From positions 186,001 through 250,000 of the IMG/VR virus record IMGVR_UViG_3300034358_000008: a stretch of DNA of 64,000 nucleotides. One strand, written 5' to 3'. Positions 1 through 7,487 of the stretch are shown piece after piece; the first letter of the stretch is position 1, and each line of letters begins with the position of its first letter. The position numbers and the translations under genes are program-made. The notes beneath the pieces are model-generated. The model saw only the letters and a program-made list of their open reading frames with translations. It made no database searches and was not told the DNA's origin.

Positions 1-38
1 CGTAAACCATCAGCTGTCAGATCTCTATCGGGAGTAAC

Positions 39-260
39 ATGGAAATCACCATTGGGGTTGACACCCTTGTTTTAATCGCGGGCTGTATCCTATTCGTAAT
101 GCTCATCTTGCAATTGATAGGCGCGGCATACATCCACAACGAGCTTCCTAAAGAAAATAAGCCGTTGGGCATTTACTGGGAACTGTTCCTCTGGATCAGT
201 TTCGGCACTACGACTTTGGGTATCGCGATCTGCGCAGGGCTTCGTACGTATCTGGGCTAG
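39..260 (+). CDS. Small hypothetical membrane protein (2 TM)
   Basis: GGAG RBS upstream; two hydrophobic segments. Confidence 0.7.
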   Translation: MEITIGVDTLVLIAGCILFVMLILQLIGAAYIHNELPKENKPLGIYWELFLWISFGTTTLGIAICAGLRTYLG

Positions 261-261
261 C

Positions 262-351
262 ATGGAAAAACTACCTGTAGGAACTGCAACGCTCTACTGG
301 GGATTAGCCATCGGTATCATCGGTGGCTATATCTACATTCATTTAATTTAA
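262..351 (+). CDS. 29-aa hydrophobic peptide (not in ORF track)
   Basis: Translates as MEKLPVGTATLYWGLAIGIIGGYIYIHLI*; fills the gap between two co-oriented genes. Confidence 0.55.
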   Translation: MEKLPVGTATLYWGLAIGIIGGYIYIHLI

Positions 352-363
352 AGGAGTTTTACA

Positions 364-762
364 ATGTCTCATTTTGGTCTCACTGCTAACCCTAACGAAA
401 ATCCAGTATCCGCTGGTAAAGTGCGTGAAGCCTGTACAGGTGCGCTTCGCGAACTCGGAGATCGGCTGAAGAATAAAATCGATCAGATCTTGATCACAGG
501 TGACTTCGCAAAAGATCGCCGTTACTCCTTCCTTAAAGATGATGGAAAAATCAAGCTGACCTTCGATCTGAGTGAGCTGGCTAACGGTGATCGCACTGAG
601 GCAGAACGTGATACTGGTGAAGGTTACTACCATGTCCCAGATCTGGTTAAAGAGTATCTGGAAGGCTATTACAATGCATTGGGTTGGGGTACTGACTACA
701 GTCGTCACGTAGGTAACCAGTTCCACTTGACGGTAGGTCCAATCAAAAAGGATCTGGTATGA
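364..762 (+). CDS. Hypothetical protein
   Basis: AAGGAG RBS; phage-like codon usage; overlaps the next gene (ATGA). Confidence 0.85.
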   Translation: MSHFGLTANPNENPVSAGKVREACTGALRELGDRLKNKIDQILITGDFAKDRRYSFLKDDGKIKLTFDLSELANGDRTEAERDTGEGYYHVPDLVKEYLEGYYNALGWGTDYSRHVGNQFHLTVGPIKKDLV

Positions 763-1226
763 TCAAGCGGTGGTGGAAACAGTTCATCTATAATCGCATG
801 GCACGTATCATCGAGAAGGCTGCTGCTTCGGCAACATACGAGAAGTATCAGTATCTCTGCCCATCGATTGGCGTTAAGACATCAAATCCGTTAAAACGTA
901 AGACTATCCGATTCGTCGAAGATAGCCTCCGTGGCTACCCTACGCTCTACAGCACGATTCGTCGAGCACTCAGAGAAGAAGGTTACGACCCCAAAGATCA
1001 CATGTGGTACGTGCATCTGGATTGGCCTGAACGCATGGTAATTCATCGTGCTTACTGGGCTAAGGTCGTAGCTGAACTCCGCAAGGGTAATCCAACGTGG
1101 GGTAAGTATTTCAACACGAAGGAAATCCAAGCCGATCCTCCACATCTGCGTGATCTGTTTGACCCATCCCAACCGGGTACAAAGTCTGATCAGATTCTGG
1201 ATCAATTACGTAAGGATGCAGCTTAA
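759..1226 (+). CDS. Hypothetical protein
   Basis: Translationally coupled at both ends (ATGA, TAATG). Confidence 0.8.
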   Translation: MIKRWWKQFIYNRMARIIEKAAASATYEKYQYLCPSIGVKTSNPLKRKTIRFVEDSLRGYPTLYSTIRRALREEGYDPKDHMWYVHLDWPERMVIHRAYWAKVVAELRKGNPTWGKYFNTKEIQADPPHLRDLFDPSQPGTKSDQILDQLRKDAA

Positions 1227-1438
1227 TGAAAATGTTCAGTGGTCCATTTGGTAATTACGCTGCTGGTAGCTACGGCGCCGTCTTGAATGCTCTCTGTGAG
1301 CAGGAAGGTCGGTCCTGTGGTACGGTGGGTAATTATGTCTTTGGTAGCAATGGCAATATCCTTGCTGGTCACGGAAGTGATAAAGTTGTAGCTACCTACG
1401 TCTGGGAAAATGACGAGATCAAATTCACCTGGATGTAA
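1226..1438 (+). CDS. Hypothetical protein
   Basis: TAATG coupling to the upstream gene. Confidence 0.75.
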   Translation: MKMFSGPFGNYAAGSYGAVLNALCEQEGRSCGTVGNYVFGSNGNILAGHGSDKVVATYVWENDEIKFTWM

Positions 1439-1445
1439 AACGCGG

Positions 1446-1591
1446 CATAAAAGAAGAAGCCTAAGGGGGCACTACTCCCCTTAGGCGGACCATGTCTGAC
1501 GATTAGTGGTCGTCTTCTATGGGTTGATCCAATTACCCTCATTTCCAATTGATCCCCTCGTGGGATTAACCAGTCATTCCGGTAACGGAAT
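1446..1591 (+). ncRNA. Candidate structured RNA (multi-hairpin)
   Basis: Dense helices in an intergenic gap; G-U pairs and a GUAA tetraloop favour the + strand. Confidence 0.4.
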
Positions 1592-1650
1592 CAGAACGAT
1601 ACAAACATGTACAATCACTTTACATAACATTAGATCGGGAGTATTCTTTT

Positions 1651-1914
1651 ATGTCTTGCTTGGCTACTTTGGTTATTAACGCTCAGGAGAAAATGGCAGC
1701 GTCTTACAGCGTCATCGTTAAATCGATTGAGGAGGCTATGTTACAGGGCCGTGGTGAATTGATCCTCAATGCAACGTTGGACTACCAACTCGTTAGCGAA
1801 GAATCCATGCATATGCTGACAGCTAATGCCCTCGTGGATAATGGTTTCAAAGTTACCCGTGGTGGTAATAACACATTCATCGTTAGTGGTTGGGATAAAG
1901 TCAAAGTTCATTAA
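1651..1914 (+). CDS. Hypothetical protein
   Basis: GGGAG RBS; followed by a terminator. Confidence 0.75.
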   Translation: MSCLATLVINAQEKMAASYSVIVKSIEEAMLQGRGELILNATLDYQLVSEESMHMLTANALVDNGFKVTRGGNNTFIVSGWDKVKVH

Positions 1915-1917
1915 CGT

Positions 1918-1965
1918 CATAAAGCCCCAGCCGTTAGGCCGGGGCAATATGTTCTATTTTTTTTT
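1918..1965. terminator. Hairpin terminator between convergent genes
   Basis: CATAAA-GCCCC..GGGGC-AATATG followed by a T-tract. Confidence 0.75.
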
Positions 1966-1967
1966 GC

Positions 1968-3128
1968 TTAAGCCTTTTCAGCCTGTTTGAACATCTTCAT
2001 GGTACCGTAAGTAACTTCGGTAACGTGGTTGATGGTCTTGGAGGCCAGCTCAAGAACTGGAGAAGCTGCGCGTTTCAGATCGGCTTGCTTCTCAGCAGGA
2101 ACTTTCTTGATCGCACCAGTGATGGCTTTAACGTCGTTTTCGATACCTTGAACGAGCGGACCCATCTTCTTCATTTCACTGATCACGTTGGCGATGGCGC
2201 GCAGAGATTGTTTCTTCTTAGACTTCTCATCACCATTACCGCCTTTAATCAGACGATAGACCAAACCTGCCCAGCTGAATACAAAGAGCCAGAACCAGTC
2301 ACCGGCAGACCAAGACTTATCTGGTGGTGGAACTTCACCTTGTTCAAATACGGCACGACCACCTTCAATCTTGACATTAGTGTTGGACATCAGCTGGACG
2401 GAATCACTGCCTACGAGAGCAGTACCTTCACCTGCGTTACCCGCAGCCATTGCAAGGATGTTATCCTTACCTTTGGATACCAGACCTGCGAGAGTTTTGA
2501 CACCGTCAACTTCTACACCGAAGTCTTTCATGTCCATAAGTTTTCCGTTCATGTGGAACAGTTTCCACACAGCTTTATGGTCGATATTGACATTACCGTC
2601 CATGCTAATGCTGTTTTCGTTAACGCGACTCAGTTCACCGAGAGCTTGCTTGTAGTTAGAAATACTACCAGCGACCTTCTGGTCAATTTGATCGACGTAG
2701 TCTTCCAGAGCAATGTTTACACACTGACGAATAGTATTGGCATGAGCACGGATAGCCTTAGCAAGCTGCTTCTTACCACCTTTGGTGACAGGGAAGCTCT
2801 CCAGGGATACGCCAGCTTGAATCGGGTGACCCGACATGCTGGTGATCTGACCAAACAGACGACGGTAGGATTCCATTGCGATAGCGGTGGTGGACTGGTC
2901 CACATCAACTGCCATATCGTCAAGAGTATCTGCTACCGCAACCGATTCAACGATCGGGTCGAGGCTAGTATCTTCTTGAACCAGTGTCTCAGGGATAGAG
3001 TTATCAACGACAACGTTGTTCACTGTTTCGAGAATTGGTGGGATACTATCCATGAATTCTTCGATAGCTACCTGCTCCGCAGTGCGAACAGGTTTAGCGT
3101 GTTTCATTACAGGGCTTACTTTGGCCAT
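1968..3128 (-). CDS. Virion inner-head (ejection-type) protein with propeptide
   Basis: Acidic N-terminus with repeated AME/SLE/ALE sites typical of phiKZ head-protease substrates; hydrophobic segment WFWLFVFSWAGLVY. Confidence 0.7.
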   Translation of the reverse strand: MAKVSPVMKHAKPVRTAEQVAIEEFMDSIPPILETVNNVVVDNSIPETLVQEDTSLDPIVESVAVADTLDDMAVDVDQSTTAIAMESYRRLFGQITSMSGHPIQAGVSLESFPVTKGGKKQLAKAIRAHANTIRQCVNIALEDYVDQIDQKVAGSISNYKQALGELSRVNENSISMDGNVNIDHKAVWKLFHMNGKLMDMKDFGVEVDGVKTLAGLVSKGKDNILAMAAGNAGEGTALVGSDSVQLMSNTNVKIEGGRAVFEQGEVPPPDKSWSAGDWFWLFVFSWAGLVYRLIKGGNGDEKSKKKQSLRAIANVISEMKKMGPLVQGIENDVKAITGAIKKVPAEKQADLKRAASPVLELASKTINHVTEVTYGTMKMFKQAEKA

Positions 3129-3431
3129 TTTAAGGTACCTTATTTACTGTGTTTTCGTACGAAGTTGGGTTGACTAGTGCACATTAATCAAATTATTGGA
3201 TACCCCGGTTCGGTATCCCTTTGTTATACAGTAGTATCTATCTGATCAGGATTTCTAGTGTTAACATACGATTGTTTTAAATTACTGGGAATCACTATGT
3301 AGTACAGGACTAGCACTAAAGAGCATAGGATCGCCCGTAGGGCTTTTATTCTGTAATATACAGCGATTACGATAGTAATCAAGCAATGCTTTGATAGACT
3401 CCTTATCCTAGCGTAAGCGAATATACACCCG

Positions 3432-3465
3432 CATAAGCCAACCCCTAAGAGGGTTGGCATTTATG
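3432..3465 (-). terminator. CATA...TATG hairpin terminator
   Basis: GCCAACCC-CTAAGA-GGGTTGGC stem just after the Kelch gene stop. Confidence 0.65.
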
Positions 3466-3470
3466 ACGTC

Positions 3471-4403
3471 TTAAGGGGAAGCGTAAACAGCACCGGTAGT
3501 CTGCTCAGTAGATCCGATGATACCACCCATGAAGTACAACTTGTTATTCATATAACCGTTAGCACTGAAACATCTCATCCCTGCTGGGATAGTGTAGTCA
3601 GTCCAAAGCAACGTAGTTGTATCCAGTACCATTGCTTTGTTAATAGGTGTAGTTGCTCCAGACGAAGGAGCTACAACATAGATCTGACGACCATTAGTAA
3701 ACAAGTTATTTGCAGGGAAGCAAGCCGAAGACATATTCGGCAACAACTCAATCTCTTTGGTCGTAAGATTCATTCGATAGGCTACAGCAGATCCAGCTGC
3801 ACCGCCCGCACGAGAAACACGACCACCCACGGAATAAGCGTAGTTACCAGCCACAATCGTAGCCCGCTCAAAGATTGCTGGAACACCCAATGAGGTCAAG
3901 CTGATTGTTTCTAAGGTTTTAGCTTCAATGTCGTAGATGTAATAGTTGGTAGTACCATCACATTGAGGCATGTAAATCTTACCGTTAGCATAACCAGCCA
4001 CCGTATGCATGGCTACAGGTAGTCCAGGAGCCGTTACACGGGCATGTGTGTTCAAGACTGGATCATACACGATAAAACCTAATGTACTGTCCCCACGCGT
4101 CCCACCGAAGTTGTAGAACTTGTTATTGTGGAACACAACCAAGCCACCGTAGATGGTAGTTGGAAGCGCAGCCAAGGCAGTCTGACCGCCAGCACCCGTA
4201 GTTTTGGTTACAGTCGCTTTACCCACACCACTATAGCCACCAAAAGCATAGATCAGGTTACTGTTCACAATTGTTGCCTGGTGGAATGATCCGGCAGCAG
4301 GTGCACCTAGAGGGCCTGGAAAACCAGTGACCACACCTGTGCTAAAATTAAAGTCACGGATAGGCGTAGGACCTGTATCCAAAATGAGCATTTGTTCGAT
4401 CAT
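3471..4403 (-). CDS. Kelch-repeat beta-propeller protein, possibly virion-associated
   Basis: Repeated Y-x-x-GG motifs (IYAFGG, FYNFGG, YSVGG, LYFMGG); start placed at MIEQML, downstream of the 4443 hairpin. Confidence 0.75.
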   Translation of the reverse strand: MIEQMLILDTGPTPIRDFNFSTGVVTGFPGPLGAPAAGSFHQATIVNSNLIYAFGGYSGVGKATVTKTTGAGGQTALAALPTTIYGGLVVFHNNKFYNFGGTRGDSTLGFIVYDPVLNTHARVTAPGLPVAMHTVAGYANGKIYMPQCDGTTNYYIYDIEAKTLETISLTSLGVPAIFERATIVAGNYAYSVGGRVSRAGGAAGSAVAYRMNLTTKEIELLPNMSSACFPANNLFTNGRQIYVVAPSSGATTPINKAMVLDTTTLLWTDYTIPAGMRCFSANGYMNNKLYFMGGIIGSTEQTTGAVYASP

Positions 4404-4442
4404 TAGTTTTACTTCCAAAAGGTGTATACATACTATCGACGT

Positions 4443-4471
4443 CATAAAGCTACCCCGAAGGGTAGCGATAT
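4443..4471 (-). terminator. Hairpin terminator
   Basis: GCTACCC-CGAA-GGGTAGC (UUCG loop on - strand). Confidence 0.7.
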
Positions 4472-4833
4472 CAAACTTCAGGTGCAGCAGACAGATCATT
4501 ACTGTTCAATTCAAGATCAAACAGTATCCGATTGTAGTTACGACATTCCAAACTGATATGACTGTAATCTGGATGACCATGTGGTTTCTGCCAGATATCC
4601 AACAGAATGTTGTACTTCAAGTAAAGCGATTGCTTAGCAACGTTGAACGAGCTATAACTAGTATAGTCTGTTTCGCCCCACGATTCGATCTCAGCTACGT
4701 AACGTGTAACTGCACCCATGATGTGGGATACGTTGAAATCGGCTGCCTGAACGAGGATGGCGGTGCTTTGATGCCATTTAATGCAATGCTTCAGATGTTC
4801 TACCACTTCGTTACTCAAAACTTCAATTGTCAT
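4471..4833 (-). CDS. Hypothetical protein (paralog of adjacent gene)
   Basis: Shares DIWQKPH motif with 4823..5149; likely ATG at 4833. Confidence 0.75.
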   Translation of the reverse strand: MTIEVLSNEVVEHLKHCIKWHQSTAILVQAADFNVSHIMGAVTRYVAEIESWGETDYTSYSSFNVAKQSLYLKYNILLDIWQKPHGHPDYSHISLECRNYNRILFDLELNSNDLSAAPEV

Positions 4834-5149
4834 AGATACTTTCCTCGTAATCAAAAATGATAGCTGTCAAACCACCTACGGTCAGAGTAAGGTGATTCTT
4901 ATCTTTAAACGGATGAGGCTTCTGCCAGATGTCCATGCGTAGTCCACTCGCCTTAAGGAAGCTCTGCACGTCCGATAGACTCTCAGTACTGATCTTGTAA
5001 TGATCATTAAGGCGTTCAATAAAACGATCGATCACAGGAGTTAGGTTCTGCCTTGCAGTGTATACTCCGATGAAAGCTTTTTGTTTGCAGACAATCGCCA
5101 GTTGGATCTGGCTGATAATATCGTTAACAATGTTATCTACATGACTCAT
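4823..5149 (-). CDS. Hypothetical protein
   Basis: DIWQKPH motif; overlaps the next gene. Confidence 0.75.
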   Translation of the reverse strand: MSHVDNIVNDIISQIQLAIVCKQKAFIGVYTARQNLTPVIDRFIERLNDHYKISTESLSDVQSFLKASGLRMDIWQKPHPFKDKNHLTLTVGGLTAIIFDYEESIYDN

Positions 5150-5176
5150 TTGTATTTACCTGAGAATGAATAAATT

Positions 5177-5196
5177 GCCTCTCCCTAGGGAGAGGC
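5177..5196 (-). terminator. Hairpin after the helicase gene
   Basis: GCCTCTCC/GGAGAGGC stem. Confidence 0.55.
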
Positions 5197-5213
5197 TTTA
5201 TATCGTTTCTTTT

Positions 5214-6743
5214 TTAGTCCCAACCGCTTTCGTCACCACTACCGATAACAGAACCCGGAACTACTTTCATCGAGAAGTCTTCTTCTTTGTCGATGTCCCA
5301 CGGCATAACGCCAATCTGAGCCATTGGTAGAATGATGTACTGGTCTTCTACCGGTGTAACAGTGTTACGGTGCTTACCACGTTGGATAGCCAGATACGCT
5401 TTGCCTTTACGACGGATGATGTGGTGGAACAACTCCAGATCTGGTTCTTGACCCAGACGACGGCAACCATCATAGTAACCTTTGTTGGCTACGGTCTGTA
5501 CGAAGTCCTCAGTGTTCTCACGTTGCAGTTGCAATGCATCGGATGACATCTGGTGAGGGGATAGGAACGTAATGCCTCGTGGAGCAGTGTAGTTACGCAT
5601 ACGACGGAACAGCAAACGAATATCATCACCGGCGATCTTAGCATCAAGCCCAGTCTTAGGCAGCATATTCAGATAGTCAACTGTCAGGTACTGGAGTTCA
5701 AAACCTTGAGCTTGCAAAGAGTCGAGATAGTTTACGAAACCAGCTACGGTAAACTCAGTAGGGTCAAAGCGAATCATCTTCACTTTAAAACCATTCTCTT
5801 CTAGACGAGCACAGACATAAGCAGCTGCTTCTTTCTTATCGATATCCTTAACTACGATTTCTTCACCCGTTTCATTTTCACGGATGTACTTATACATGGT
5901 CAACAGGTTATCGGTGATTTCGTTTTCAAGTGTTACAAACAGAATCAGTGGCTTCTTAGTTCGATCTCGTAGAAATGGCTTGTTAAACAAGCATACGTGT
6001 ACGAACAAGAACATAGCAAGATAAGACTTAAAGTTATGCTGTAGTGCAGAAGTAATAATGAACTCACCTCGACGGAATGCCCCCAAGATACCAAGGATGC
6101 GGTTAAATCCTTTCCAACCGAGTTTGAATGCACCATCTGCTGACAACGTATCTTTCACAGCCTCGAAGAAGTCTTCTACTGCCTCAGGGTTATCGAAGTC
6201 AATAGCACCCATCTCTGCGGGATGCTTAGATTCAGCGCGTGCCTTTACATAAGGTTCAAGTTTTGCACCCATCTCGTTAACCATACTGGCAATATCGATA
6301 TTGCCTCGGTCAAAGATAGCCTTCTGAGAATACTCTTTCAGAATGGTCTTAATAGTGGTGTCATTGAGATAATAGTTAAGTGCACCACGACGACTATTAA
6401 TAGCCTTCATGATACTCATCCCATCCGGGAAGTTTTCCATTACGCCTTGTTCAACAGAATCGTATAGGAACGACTCCTCGCGACAGCTAACGCGAACAAG
6501 CTGTAGGACTTCTTGAGAACCCGGAAAAGCATTCTTAGGTTTCTGATTGAGTTCGTTTACGAGGTTACGCAATTCCAGAAATGTCTGACGACCATGATCG
6601 TGGTCTACTGTGGTTTCCTTTACTTCCAAAGACGATACCACTTTATCGATCAATTCTGTAGAAGGAGAAGCGGGTGAATCTTCACGGTGTTCAAGGCACA
6701 GTAGCGTCACACACTGTACCAAGAGTTGCTTTGGAGATGCCAT
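5214..6743 (-). CDS. dnaB: DnaB-like replicative helicase (phiKZ gp118-like)
   Basis: RRGEF..ALQHNFKS variant Walker A; TLEN; VDYLN Walker B; HQ and RGKHR motifs; divergent from MCP as in phiKZ. Confidence 0.9.
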   Translation of the reverse strand: MASPKQLLVQCVTLLCLEHREDSPASPSTELIDKVVSSLEVKETTVDHDHGRQTFLELRNLVNELNQKPKNAFPGSQEVLQLVRVSCREESFLYDSVEQGVMENFPDGMSIMKAINSRRGALNYYLNDTTIKTILKEYSQKAIFDRGNIDIASMVNEMGAKLEPYVKARAESKHPAEMGAIDFDNPEAVEDFFEAVKDTLSADGAFKLGWKGFNRILGILGAFRRGEFIITSALQHNFKSYLAMFLFVHVCLFNKPFLRDRTKKPLILFVTLENEITDNLLTMYKYIRENETGEEIVVKDIDKKEAAAYVCARLEENGFKVKMIRFDPTEFTVAGFVNYLDSLQAQGFELQYLTVDYLNMLPKTGLDAKIAGDDIRLLFRRMRNYTAPRGITFLSPHQMSSDALQLQRENTEDFVQTVANKGYYDGCRRLGQEPDLELFHHIIRRKGKAYLAIQRGKHRNTVTPVEDQYIILPMAQIGVMPWDIDKEEDFSMKVVPGSVIGSGDESGWD

Positions 6744-6876
6744 TTTAAATCCTTGATAGTAAAATAGTGGATTGTATCGTGTACCATCTTGTGTGTAAGT
6801 ATTTAATTGTCGATGGTTTTAATCACTATTTTTATGAATGATTAACTAAACCTCGATTAAACCAAAGGTTAACTGT

Positions 6877-7413
6877 ATGACCCAGCTCTTAGTCGTACCA
6901 GAAGCAGTTTACGATCAGTGGAAATCTGATGGTGTACTCTTCACACGTCTTTTAGACACCAACTATATAGCTAGCGTTAGTTCGGTTAACGATCTGGCGC
7001 AAATCGACTTAGCTATGAACCAATTTCCATTCGTGTTTGGCCCCGGTACAGGCGTAAGTCTGGCTGTTAGCCCACGAGCTGGCATTGCAATTGCATCGAC
7101 CGCAGATAACCTCGAACGGTTTAAGATGCAAGATTTGCATAATGCTTTAGAGGAACGTGTCGAAACGATCACGCTCCGTTTCACTAATGAACCAAAAGTT
7201 TGTAGTGAATATTCCCTTTATCCTGTAGATGAGAATCTTTGGGTTGCGGTGCAGAAGAGTCTGCCTATCACCAATAGCGATCCTGAACGGTTTACCTTGA
7301 TCAGTAACCGTACGTTCTTCGATAGTATGATTAATGAGTTGCTGAGAACTTGTAAATTAGAGCAAGTAGCATCAACGAATCTCTTCAACTATTATCTTAT
7401 GTCCAAGGTCTAG
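6877..7413 (+). CDS. Virion structural protein (phiKZ gp119-like)
   Basis: Synteny between helicase and MCP. Confidence 0.65.
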   Translation: MTQLLVVPEAVYDQWKSDGVLFTRLLDTNYIASVSSVNDLAQIDLAMNQFPFVFGPGTGVSLAVSPRAGIAIASTADNLERFKMQDLHNALEERVETITLRFTNEPKVCSEYSLYPVDENLWVAVQKSLPITNSDPERFTLISNRTFFDSMINELLRTCKLEQVASTNLFNYYLMSKV

Positions 7414-7487
7414 TTCCGGTGAAAAATAGGCCTGGACAATAGATACTCGTTTAAAACCAAAACCCATCCTGCGTAGGAAATTATTAG

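Noticed and set aside
3224-3460. 78-aa minus-strand ORF in an AT-rich gap
   Set aside because: It starts inside a terminator hairpin, has no RBS and has atypical composition. The gap is more likely a promoter/leader region. I found no iterons to support calling it an origin.
5214-6743. Non-canonical Walker A in the helicase (ALQHNFKS) and in UvsX (SRPNNFKT) as a sign of inactivation
   Set aside because: As I recall, such variants are normal in phiKZ-family orthologs, and the other motifs are intact.
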